This document shows positions 48,032 to 60,654 of a stretch of DNA of 64,000 nucleotides, piece by piece. A program made the translations under genes and the position numbers. The notes under the pieces are model-generated. The model saw nothing but the letters and a program-made list of their open reading frames with translations, made no database searches and was not told the DNA's origin. Origin of the DNA: Selaginella moellendorffii. Lineage: Eukaryota; Plantae; Lycopodiophyta. The stretch is from assembly GCF_000143415.4 (NCBI RefSeq), contig NW_003314291.1, forward strand, positions 1,282,517-1,346,516. Direction: 5' to 3'. The first letter of the stretch is position 1, and the number at the start of each line of letters is the position of its first letter.

Positions 48032-51000
48032 TGTAAGCCACAAATTTTTCCTTTCCAATTTGCCAGCTTACCTCGTCTATCCGTCCAACACTGCCTTGGC
48101 TTTTGCTAAGTTCCCTTGCCAAGGTTCTCGCCTATGGTACCAGCTCCTACTTGGTTTCAGCTACTCACTGCACGAGCAACGGAGTGTTAGCCATCCTTCC
48201 ACGGATTCCCAAATCACTCCCAATCCCCCCTCCCCGGGTTAGACTGGACTTAAGGTTCGGCTACACTCCCCGCAAGCACAAGCAGCCAAGCACACCAAGC
48301 TTCCAGGTTCCTAACATCCCTTGGTACCACAAGACTTGATCATGGGACCCTCTAAATCCCAAGTCTTGAGTGCAACACTTGCTTCGGGACGCCAGGGCGA
48401 AACACCGTGGCCTAACGGCCCGGTATGGGTACCTCTCGCCCCCCACTTCCATCCCGAAGGAAGGCCCAAGCCCCTAGGAAGGGCGAGGACCAATGAGCCG
48501 CATGGTACTCAAGTGGGGCACCACTCCACATGAGCCGGGAGCACCGCAATCGGTTTCCCTTTCGGGAGTGGGAGCTGCTCTTGAGCACTTCCTTGGATGG
48601 CCCCTCCGGCACCAGCCAAGTCCATGCTCACTCCCACCCAAGGCCCCTTAGTCCCAGTCCCAACCTCAAGTCGGTTTGGAAGCCCAACTGGAGAGTCCCT
48701 TCAAAACTGGTTCCTGGACCTCACTATCCCTACTATACTTTTGGAACCCCCTGCAGCCCCCCCCCCCTGGGGGACGCACGCTTTGGGCTTTCACCCCTTG
48801 ACCCGTATTAGTATTTGGACTTAGTCTCTGGCTCGATCTCGGATCCGATTTCGGATCCGACTTCGGATTCGGTCTCGGACTCGATCGCGGACTCGATCTC
48901 GGACCTGATCTCGGGCCCGACCTCGGACTCGACTTCGGACTCGGTCTCGGACCCGATTTCGGATCTCGGACTCCGTCTCGAACTCGGTCTCGAACTCGGA
49001 CTCGAACTCAGTCCCCGAGTCGGTCTTGGACTTGATTCCGGACTCTATCTCGAACTCGGTCCTAGAGTCGGTCTTGGACTCGATCTTTGACTTGGTCCCA
49101 TCCGATGAACTCTTTGTCATTTTGGTCATGCTTTCGGGGTTCCCTTAGCCTACGACACCTCGGCGAGTTGGTTCCTTACAACTCCACCACCCATAGAAGA
49201 AGTTCGATGCCCACATCGAACGTCTCTTTTTTATCCTACGACTTGTTGACCATGTCTCCGGGGGCATCCCCCCACTTAGCGGTGTGCCTAAGTTAGCCTC
49301 CCCGGCCAAGAGCTCATGACAACGGAATATAGGTGTCCCTATATTCCTCCCCTCACCACGCCCTAGTATGGGGTCGGGACTTGAACCCAGCCTTGCTTTA
49401 CTAGGGGGTTGGGACTCGAACCCAACCTCCGTAGAATACGTCTACGGTTTCGACATCCCCGCAGGGAGTCGGGCGTAGCTCCCTACGCCTGGTCGACCTA
49501 GCTAACCCATGCTAATTAGCTCACCTTTGGCGCGCCTTCGGGTCCCAACATATGCCACTTGCTCAACTTTGCAAATTGATATTTTTAATTGAACTTTGCA
49601 TAAGTACATAGAGTTCTGCCTTGCAGAAATTCCTCCACTAGATCTCGCGCGTTCGCTAGGTTCTCCTCCGGTTCCCATGTTGCTTCGCAGTGTGGAAATC
49701 CTTTCCACTTCACATGGAACTCTCTCACCTCGCGTCCTTGTCGCTTGCTCTTGCGCGCATTGAGGATGGCCTCGACTTCGTATTCCTCTTCCCCTTGGAT
49801 AACCTCAGGTAAAGGTCTTACTTGGTCTTTGCGAAGCGGATCCTCAAAGTACGGCTTGAGTAAGTTCACATGGAACACTGGGTGCATCTTCCCCATCTCT
49901 CGAGGAAGTCGGAGTTGGTAAGCCACTTTACCGATTCGTGCCTCAATCTCGTAAGGCCCCGCGAACCTGCTTAAGGAACTCAAGATCAATTCATTTACAG
50001 GAATACATGCATTTTTACCTTTGGGTCAACTTTCGGCTGATCCCACTTGGTAGCCTAAGGTTCTTGGTGTTCAGCCACACCTTCTCCCCAGCTTGGAACT
50101 CTACGTCCCGGCGCTTTAGGTTCGCGTACTTGGTTTGCCTTTGTTGAGCCCGTTCCAAGGAATCCCTCACTAGATTCCAAATGTTGAGTCTTTCCGCCGT
50201 GAATGCCTCCACTGCGGGTAACTCTCCATGATACTCGGCCACGCCGAGTTCCACAGGACCTTCAATAGCTCGCCCATTGATGACTTCCCATGGACTCACC
50301 CCGATACTCGAATGTGGTGAGTTGTTATAACACATTTCCGCAAGTCCCAAATGACTTACCTAATCGGTCTGGTCTCCCGAGACATAGCATCGCAAATAAT
50401 CCTCCAGCTGCCTATTCACCCTTTCCGTTTGTCCGTCTGTCAAGAAGTGTTAGGACCACCAAACTTGACTTAATACCCCATACCTGTCTGTGGGTGATAG
50501 GCTGTGCTGAATTTCAACTTGGTGCGATACTGTTCCAGGAGGGTCCTCCAGAACCTACTAGTGAAGATCTTATCTCGATCTGAGATAATCTCCTCTGGCC
50601 TTCCCCGCACTCGAACCACTTGTTCGAAGAACAGTTTCGCCACACCTTCCGCATCCACCTCCGTTGTGGTGGGTATGAAATGTGCCATCTTCGAAAATCA
50701 GTCCACCACCACGAATATCGCATCGAACCCCTCGCTTGGGGGTAGTCCCGTGATGAAGTCCATCGTGAGACATTTCCACGGACGATCTGGAATTGGGATG
50801 CTTTGCAACAAGCCCCCACTAGCCTTAGTCACGGCTTTGACCTGCTGACATGTTGGACATGTCTTTACATAGTCTTGGACGTCCTTAGCCATATCTGGCC
50901 AATGGTACTTCCTCTTGAGTAAGCCCATCGTCTTGGGCACTCCGCCGTGTCCCGCAAGAGGTCCGTCATGACACTCTTCTAAGGCTACCTTCCTTAGTCC

Positions 51001-54000
51001 ACCTTCTGGAACATACACCCTCGTTTGCTTGTAATAAATGAGTCCATTGCGTTCCGCATAGCCCGTTTTCTCTTCCGTTGGCGGCTCACCTCTCTGGTGA
51101 GCTTCCCGTGCCTCCAGATTCCTCAACAACACTTCTTGTGCTAGACCATCGTTCTCATATGCTGTCCGCACATCGTCCCAGAAGGTTGCTGTTGCGCTGG
51201 AGATCGCCAACCTCAAGCTCGCTTTTCGACTTAGCGCATCTGCCACGATGTTGCTCTTCCCAGGCTTGTACAGAATCTCGCAATCAAACTCGGCCAAGGC
51301 ATTGGCCCACCGACCTTGTTTCCCTCTCAGGTCGGGTTGTGACAAGAAGTGTTTCGTTGCCACATTGTCCGTGTAAACCTTGAAGTGTCTCCCAAGGTAG
51401 TGTCGCCACTCCTTGAGCGCCTTGACCACCGCAAACAATTCCTTCTCGTGGGCAGGCCACTTCCGTTGAGCCTTGTCCAGCTTCTTCGAGAAGAACGCTA
51501 CTGGATGGTTGTCTTGCTTCAAAACTGCGCCTAACGCAAAGTCCGAAGCATCCGTGTCTACCTCAAAGTCCTTACCAAAGTCCGGTAATGCCAACACCGG
51601 AGCCTTCCTCAACTTCCCTTTGAGGTGGACGAATGCCGCCTCGCATTCCGCTGTCCATACCATCTTCCCTTTTCCCGTTTGATCCGTTAAGGGCAGGGCT
51701 ACTCTCGAATAGTGTCTGATAAACTTTCGATAGTAGTTGCATAGCCCCAAGAACGCCCTCAACTCATGTACATTCGATGGTCGCTCCCATTCCTGGATCG
51801 CTTGGACCTTCTCCGGGTCCACCTTGAGCCCGTCCTGGCCCACCACATGCCCGAGAAACTTTACCTCTTGCTGAGCAAAGTCACATTTGCTCTCTTTAGC
51901 ATACAGTTTATGTTCCCTTAGTTTCTCAAACACCTTCGCCAAGTGTTCGGCATGCTCTTCTAGCGTCGCGCTATAGATCAGGATGTCGTCAATATAGACG
52001 ACCACAAAGTGATCCAGATAGGGTACAAAGATGTGGTTCATCAACGCCGAAAACGTTGCCGGCGCATTGCACAGCCCAAAGGGCATCACCAAAAACTCAA
52101 AGCTCCCATACCTCGTTCGACAGGTTGTCTTCTCGACATCTTCCTCGGCTACCCTGATCTGGTAGTATCCTGACCTTAGGTCAATCCTCGAGAAGTATTT
52201 TGCCTTTCCCAACCTATCGAACAGGTCCTCAATCCTTGGCAACGGGTACTTGTTCTTCTTGGTATACTTGTTGAGCAACCGGTAATCTATGCACATGCGC
52301 ATAGATCCATCTTTCTTTTTCACAAATAATACCGGCGCCCCATACGGCAACTTGCTCAACCTAACATACCCTTTGCCCACCAACTCCTCTAGTTGGCACT
52401 TGAGCTCCTTGAGTTCTTTTTCGTTCAAACGATAGGGGGGACGAACCACCGCCTCAGCGCCCTCGACAAGCTCAATCTTATGTTCTATCGGTCGTGCGGG
52501 GGGCAACCCCGCCGGTAGCTCCTCCGGCATGGTATCCTGGAATTGGTCCAACACTCGCTGGATCACTAAAGGCACTTCTTCCGTTCTTGTCTTTTTGTCA
52601 CTCTTCACCGAGAGTAAGCACAAAAAGGCTGCCTTAGTTCCTTTAGTGAGTTGTCCTCTCGTGGACACCAGGTTCAAGCATGACTCTTTGGCCTTGCTTT
52701 GCCCTACCTTTAGATCCTGGGCCTCCACCCTAGATCTTCTTCCTTGGGCATTCGCCAATACCACAAGGTTCCTACCTTGTCCATGCAGGGCTACCACGAA
52801 CCGATTAAACCAATCCATTCCGAAGATCACGTCAAATCCCGCCATATCCAAGATGGTGAAATCCATGTCCACTTTCCATGTCCCCACTTCGACTCTCGCT
52901 TGTCGAAGTACCTCATCGGTGCTTTGGCTACCCTGAACAAACTCTATAGTCCTTGGTTCGCCTAGCCGCTGCACCGTTAGTCCGGCTTGCCGGACTATGT
53001 CTGCAGCCACAAAATTATCCGAAGCACCCGTGTCAATAAGGATCTTAACAAAGCTACCTCCGAGCTTCCCTCGGAGGGCTAGTAGATGTCGCGAACGACT
53101 CTCTACCAAAGTTGCTCGTGTAATGAGTAACTTTGAGTTAGGGACTGGATCACATACCTCAGTTTGGACTTCACCCGACTTGATGGCCATATTGGCTCTG
53201 GCCTTCTTCGGGTAGGGACATTCCCTCGAGAAGTGTCCCGCTTCGCCACAGTTGTAGCATACGTTGTTTCCCACACTGCTATACGACTTGACCTTCTTAT
53301 CCGTGGGTTTGTCCTTTTTCGCTTGACTCCCCCACGTACTCGCTCGCTGGCCACCGGATTTGCCTTTCCGGAACCCCGAGGACTCATTCTTAGAGAAACT
53401 CCTTTTGAATTTCCCCTTGCTATACGTTCCCCTTGGTTTGGCCCCTTTGCTAAATGTGGATCCCGACCCCGTCGTGTTCCCCTTTCGCAGGTTATCGTTG
53501 AAATGCACCTTGATGGCCGCATCCAACGCTTCCTTGTAGTTGGTCGGGTTCCACCTCATCACCTCGCCGCGAGCCCAGGTTTGCAAACCTGATATGAAGG
53601 CATGGAACGCATCCATATCCCCCATGTCCGTGACAAGTATCCTCTTTGCCATGAACCCATTCACATATTCCTGGATGGTTCCTGTCTGTTTCAGCCTACT
53701 CAGTTCATCCCTCAGATGCAGAGTGGCATTCGGAGGAACATATGTTGCGCGGATCCTCGCCTTCATCATGTCCCAAGTGACCACCGGTCCTTCGTTGGCC
53801 TCCGTTGTTCTCCACCAAGACTTGGCATTATCTGCCAAGTATGGTTTTGCACATGGGACTTTCTCCGAGCTTGGTAACCGCAACGCTCGGAAGTAGTCCT
53901 CCATATCGTAAAACCAATCCTCCACCACCTTATAGTCATTCACTCCCTTGAAGACCGGTGGGGGCTTTGGTTTGTACTTGGGAACTGCCTGAGGGACTGA

Positions 54001-55561
54001 TTCCACTTCGGTCTGTTCGACCTTGTCTGGTTTTGCCTCAGTCCCGGCCGAAAGATCCGCACCTTCTGCGCTGCCAGCATCCGCAGTCTTTTTCTTTTTC
54101 TTCCGCCTCTCGTCACGCTTTAGCTTGCGTACGAGAGTTTCCAGCAGGGCATTGGTCTGTGCCAACTGTCCTTCTAGCACGTCCAATCGAGCCTTGGACG
54201 ACCGAACCTCGCCACCGGACTCCTGTTTGGAGGTTTCCTCACTGGAGTCCTCCTCATGCAAGGATTCCTCATCCATAGCCTCTTGTTCGACTAGAGGCTC
54301 CAGCTCTGGCGGAGGTTTCGTCTCCGCCTGGGTTCGCTTACGCCCTGCCCTTGCCATCTCCCAGCAATCCGCCTCTATCCTTCGCTAGAACTGAGGAAAA
54401 GGCTCCGATACCAAATTGTAAGCCACAAATTTTTCCTTTCCAATTTGCCAGCTTACCTCGTCTATCCGTCCAACACTGCCTTGGCTTTTGCTAAGTTCCC
54501 TTGCCAAGGTTCTCGCCTATGGTACTAGCTCCTAGGTTTCAGCTACTCACTGCACGAGCAACGGAGTGTTAGCCATCCTTCCACGGATTCCCAAATCACT
54601 CCCAATCCCCCTCCCCGGGTTAGACTGGACTTAAGGTTCGGCTACACTCCCCGCAAGCACAAGCAGCCAAGCACACCAAGCTTCCAGGTTCCTAACATCC
54701 CTTGGTACCACAAGACTTGATCATGGGACCCTCTAAATCCCAAGTCTTGAGTGCAACACTTGCTTCGGGACGCCAGGGCGAAACACCGTGGCCTAACGGC
54801 CCGGTATGGGTACCTCTCGCCCCCCACTTCCATCCCGAAGGAAGGCCCAAGCCCCTAGGAAGGGCGAGGACCAATGAGCCACATGGTACTCAAGTGGGGC
54901 ACCACTCCACATGAGCCGGGAGCACCGCAATCGGTTTCCCTTTCGGGAGTGGGAGCTGCTCTTGAGCACTTCCTTGGATGGCCCCTCCGGCACCAGCCAA
55001 GTCCATGCTCACTCCCACCCAAGGCCCCTTAGTCCCAGTCCCAACCTCAAGTCGGTTTGGAAGCCCAACTGGAGAGTCCCTTCAAAACTGGTTCCTGGAC
55101 CTCACTATCCCTACTATACTTTTGGAACCCCCTGCAGCCCCCCCCCCCCGGGGGACGCATGCTTTGGGCTTTCACCCCTTGACCCGTATTAGTATTTGGA
55201 CTTAGTCTCTGGCTCGATCTCGGATCCGATTTCGGATCCGACTTCGGATTCGGTCTCGGACTCAATCGCGGACTCGATCTCGGACCCGATCTCGGGCCCG
55301 ACCTCGGACTCGACTTCGGACTCGGTCTCGGACCCGATTTCGGATCTCGGACTCCGTCTCGAACTCGGGCTCGAACTCGGACTCGAACTCAGTCCCCGAG
55401 TCGGTCTTGGACTTGATACCGGACTCTATCTCGAACTCGGTCCTAGAGTCGGTCTTGGACTCGATCTTTGACTTGGTCCCATCCGATGAACTCTTTGTCA
55501 TTTTGGTCATGCTTTCGGGGTTCCCTTAGCCTACGACACCTCGGCGAGTTGGTTCCTTACA
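48032..55561 (-). mobile_element. Full-length family C copy 2 with TSD CTAAC
   Basis: LTRs 54417-55561 and 48032-49180; PBS 54401-54413; PPT from 49181; CTAAC at 48027-48031 and 55562-55566. Confidence 0.97.
49585..54357 (-). pseudogene. Gag-Pol, complement join(49585..49966,50019..50436,50484..54357), with two premature stops (~50698 and ~50360)
   Basis: Exons sum to 4674 nt (1558 codons); introns 50437-50483 and 49967-50018; CGA>TGA and TGG>TAG relative to copy 1. Confidence 0.9.
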
Positions 55562-55567
55562 CTAACC

Positions 55568-56075
55568 TGTAAGGAACCAACTCCCCAAGGTGTTGTAGGC
55601 TAAAGGATCCCCGAAAGCACGACTGAAATGATAAAGAGTTCATCGGATGGGACTGAGTCTGAGATTGAGTCCAAGACCGACTCTGAGACCGAGTTTATAA
55701 ATAGAGTCCGAGACTGATTCCGAGACCAAGTTTGAGACCGAGTTTGAGACCAAGCTCGAGATAGAGTCTGAGATCCGAGATCGGGTCCGAGACTGAGTCC
55801 GAGGTCAAGTCCAAGGTTGAGTCTGAGATTGGGTCCGAGGTCGAGTCTGAGATCGAGTCCGGGACCGAGTCCAAAGTCGGGTCCGAGATCGAGTCCGAGA
55901 TCGAGACTAAGACTGAGTTCAAGTACTAATACAGGTCGAGGGGTGAAAGCCCAAAGCGTGCGTCTCCCGGGGGGCGGGGGGGGGTTCCAAAAGTATAGTG
56001 GAGTCCAAACTGACTTGAGGTTGAGACTAGTGCTAAGGGGCTGAGGGGCCTTGGGTGGGAGTGAGGAGTGTGGAC
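55568..56075 (+). repeat. Older truncated family C LTR, head-to-head with copy 2
   Basis: TGTAAGGAACCAACTC start; CpG-depleted hexamer array. Confidence 0.9.
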
Positions 56076-57475
56076 CACTTTTGAGCTTATGAGCTGAAAA
56101 GTTGAGCTTGCGAGTTGAACTCAATTTTCAATTGCAATTTAATACAAATATTATAAATTTTAAAAAATTAAGGTTATAGAAAACCTAACTTTATACTATA
56201 TTTTCATAACTCTCTACATTTTATATGGATAAAACTATTTTAGAGGAGGCTTCTTGTCCAAGAATTTAAATATTTACTATATATAATTTTATTTAAGTTC
56301 GTCAAAACATAAAATAAATGGTTCTAATGTTGATAGTTTCAACTCTTGAAATCTTTCTCCTCATAGTAGTAATTCAAGGACTAGGAGCTGCAATATTCAT
56401 CCCATTGCACAACACATTCAAAACATATAAAAGATGGAAAAAGAGGATAATGAGAATAATGATCATATATTGGAGATAAATGAAATGATAAAAGATGCAA
56501 CAATTTAGGTGAAAAAGAATGCTCCCCTATTTGTTTTATAAAATTACAATTCCGTGACTTTCAAGAAATGCCATATTTATTTCTAGCTTTTGGTGGAAAC
56601 AATGGCAACAATCAGTACAACAGTATATACACTCTTGCAATATATTGTAATATCATGGCCCTAAACTACTATGAAATATATTTTGAGATGGTAAAGATAG
56701 AAAAAAAAAGACACACTAGTATTACAAATAGTATTGTAAAAAGAAAACTTGGAAGTATACAAAATGAAATGAATGTTTTACTATTAATTATATAAAGTAT
56801 AAAAAGTATATATTACTGATAGAGAATAAATATTGATAGTCTTGGAGAATATTATTAGCTCCAAAAGTCTTACGACTTAGTAGTAATAAAGCTTGCCTGA
56901 TGTATATGAATATCCACTTTAGGATCTTAGTGTAAAGTGTTGATGAAAATGTAGTATATATATGCCTTCCTATATTTCTTATGCTTAGTAAAGTTTGGTT
57001 ATATGCAAGGAAAGTATTGAATAACAATTATGTACTCTCCATTTTTTATTTTGACAATGTGCAATATCTTGGAGCAAAATGGTACTTAATATCAAGTCTA
57101 TTATTGAATACTAGGCTTTTCACTCCAAGACCTATACCAATATCTTCATCAATAAAGAAAAAATAACACTTTAAGTGAACAATTTTCATATTACTAATAG
57201 AAGCTTAAGAATTATACTTTATAGATGTGCCACAAACCACTTTCTCAACTACAATTGCCACTTCTTAAGCTGGTGAAGTCCTCTTCCTCTTTATCCCATT
57301 ATGTAACATCTTAACAAAAGGCCTTGTTTCTAATATCTTTCTTTCTTAAATGCTAATGCTTTTGAAAGTTACTCTATAGTATATATCAAATCCAATAAAC
57401 ATATTTTATACAAACTTATCTTCTCTTTCTTTACCTCAAAAGAATACTAGCTTAAGTGCTTACTTTTTAAGAGAT

Positions 57476-57700
57476 TCATAATTGGGGTGTATGTGAGGTC
57501 CTCAAGTGGTTGGTTCTAGTTAAAAAGATAATATTAAAAGGCAATAAAAATAAAGAAGAAATAAGAGACTTCATCTCTTCTAACCACTCTATCCCACAGA
57601 AATAAGTAATACATTTTGCCCTTGTAGATGGCACAATATAAAGGAAAATTCTTGCTAAACTAACACTTGAATCCAATAATAATGGTGTCATAGGCAAGAG
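57476..57700 (-). pseudogene. Relic homologous to the upstream part of the MULE-like pseudogene region (26660-26790)
   Basis: TPLLLDSSV...LYI..STR..CIT.F.G.EWLEE shared by both loci. Confidence 0.7.
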
Positions 57701-59171
57701 GATTGATTATAGACCCTTCAAAAAATATAAAATTTCTATAGCTATTTTGATTACATGTTTCATCTATGCAATCCAAATGCCTACAACAGTAAACTATAGA
57801 CACTATTCTTTCAAAATGCTAAAGGTGTGTGGTCTTAATCTTACGCCAATTTTAAACATTTTACTTGGTCTCCATCCCTTTTCATTTGGAACTAGTGTTG
57901 TTGATAAGAGGTTTTAGATCAAAGAAGATATTGTTGTTGTAGCAGGATGGAAGCTCACTCATGGGTATATATAGAAATAAGTGTATCTTGACTGAGAAGT
58001 GGGAAAAGTGGAAAACATTACTAATAACTTTGAATATTACTGAAGATGGAGCTCATGAATTTGGGGCTAACACTAGCATAGTTTTTCCACTTGAATTGGA
58101 AGAGGAGGATAGGATGATGACTAACTCTTTCTTCACATTCACTTTAGCTTAAACACTTTGATTGGAGATCCATAAATTTGAATCTCCATAAAGTTCGGTT
58201 TATGTTTTATCTTTCTACCCTTGCCAACACTAGAAAGATAAAACACCAAGCAACAACCATACTAGTATTGTTGCAGATCACAACCTCTAACAAAATAGAG
58301 CCAAGATGAAGATAAAAATGGCAACATAAAAAACTTTTAGAAACATGATTTTAAGAGAACAAAAGTGGTGGGTGATCTCAAAAATGTAGAAGAACCTTTT
58401 CATCCTTCTTTATAGGTTTTGGAGTTCTCTATCTCCCTTATGCTACTTATAAAAATCTATAGTGAAACATAAATTGAGATTTAAGGAGATTAATAAGAAG
58501 AATAATAACAATGTACAAATGAATTTAAATACTATAGCATATCTAATATGTGTAAGTGTGATAGTATTATCATATGTTCTGTTGTCTATTGCATGCACAC
58601 AAATCCAAGAAAAGGTTTTCAGCACGTGAAGTTTGATTGTTAGTGATGATAGTAATAACATTCTGCTTTAGCATGGAGATGCAAGATATCTGATCACATG
58701 TAAAATATCAATAGTTTGTCAAATCTTTAGTGTTAGGTGATGTTCGTAATGATAATTCTTCAATGACATAGTTTTGATTCTCAATATGAGTTGAGTTTTA
58801 GCCATATATACAAATACTGCTCAATGACATTTAGAGCATATGCCTATAAATTAGGTTCATACACAATACAAAACAAATTTATGGATGTGGATTCATCCAT
58901 TCATAGATTAAAATAGTACAATATATTTAATATAATAATGCAACATACCAGATTTATACTCTTTAAAGTTCTGTCATGAATCCAAAATATGTTTGAAATC
59001 TTGTTTAGAATGCATCCTTTCTATATAAATGGGAAAACTAATATTAATTGTCAAATAACTTACATATTGAAAGGTGCTATATATACCATCATTTAAAATT
59101 TTTTAAAAAATTTTACATACAATATAAATGTATCTTATGTTATTGATAATATAATATAGGGTATAAGCCAA

Positions 59172-59763
59172 GTAGTTTCTGGCCTCAAGGGCTCGAGGTT
59201 ATTCAAATAACCTCCGGCCCCCCGACCCAAAAACTGCCCGAGGTCGAGGTCGGGCTCGCCACCTTGGGTAGTTTCTGGCCTCGAGGGCTCAAGGTTATTC
59301 AAATAACCTCTGGCCCCCCGACCTGGAAACTGCCCGAGGTCGAGGTCCAGCTCGCCACCTTGGGTAGTTTATGACCTTAAGGGCCCGAGGTTATTCAAAT
59401 AACCTCCACCCCCCCGACCCGAAAACTGCCTGAGATCGAGGTCTGGTTCGCCACCTTGGGCAGTTTGTGGCCTCGAGGGCCCGAGGTTATTCAAATAACC
59501 TCGGCCCCCCCGACCCAGAAACTGCCCGAGGTCGAGGTCCGGCTCGCCACCTCGGGCAGTTTCTGGCCTCGAGGGCCCAAGGTTATTCAAATAACCTCGG
59601 GCCCCCGGACCCAGAAACTGCCCGAGGTCAAGGTCCGGCTCGCCACCTCGGGCAGTTTCTGGCCTTGAGGGCCCCAGGTTATTCAAATAACCTTGGGCCC
59701 CCAAGTCCCCAAACTGCCCGAGGTCCAGCTCGGCCTCGCCACCTTGGGCAGTTTCTGGCCTCG
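59172..59763. repeat. GC-rich tandem array, 96-bp unit, ~6 copies, two palindromes per unit
   Basis: TTTCTGGCC-like motif recurs at 59176, 59272, 59368, 59464, 59560, 59656 and 59752. Confidence 0.92.
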
Positions 59764-60654
59764 GATGAGCCCAATAGTGCCACTAACATCATATTGAATC
59801 TTGTGGTTGAGTAGATTTGCAATACATTCCTAGGTATTGATTTTGAAACTCCATCAGCAATGCAAGTTTTGCTTGAGCTCTATTACCCATTAGATAGTAT
59901 TGTGACTGATTGCACAATAAGTAATGGTTAGATGGTGGAGGTAGCATATAATTCTAGTAGATTGGTGTTTGCTATTAAAAAAAATCATTTATTTAAACAC
60001 TGGCTTAGAGTTATCTCTAACCTCAAGGAGGTAATTTATATTTATTAAGATTTCATTACATATTTAATTTTGTTTTATATATCACAATCATCTTGAGTTT
60101 TTAGAGTTGGAGGCTTTAGAAGTCTATTAAAGTATGCAAAGGCTATGGCTTAACAAATGCAAAGTGAGCACAATCCCAATATAGACAGAGGCATAGAAGG
60201 AAATGACATGTTAAGCTCTATTTCGTTAAAGTGGGAATTGTCATTATCCCACTTGTAAAATAAGGTTTCCAAACTTTTATATAGTATATAAATATAACAA
60301 AATTCAACTGCATTGAGGCACATGCCATTTTATTTTAAACAAGGAAATGTCTACTCAATCACTTCTCCTCCCCCTGCCACTGCTTCACCTCTCTCTTCTC
60401 CTTGTCATCGTCGTCCAATTTCTTTCCATCCTTTTAATATTGGCTTAGTTGCTCCGAGTCTAGGTGGAGCCCAAGTCCCCATTCAATCTTTACTTTCCCC
60501 TTATTAATAAAACAACTTCGTAGACTTCCAATAACATGCTGTAACACTTCTAGTATAATGCAAATCCTCTCAAAGAATTGTCTTTTAATATTAATACAAT
60601 GGCATGGAACCCCATGCCATAATAAGTTACATTTTTAAATAAATACATGCCATC

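Noticed and set aside
59369-59814. ORFs with 32-aa repeats; CRISPR-like appearance of the array
   Set aside because: The 96-bp unit is a multiple of 3 and GC-rich; there are no unique spacers or cas genes, and the context is eukaryotic
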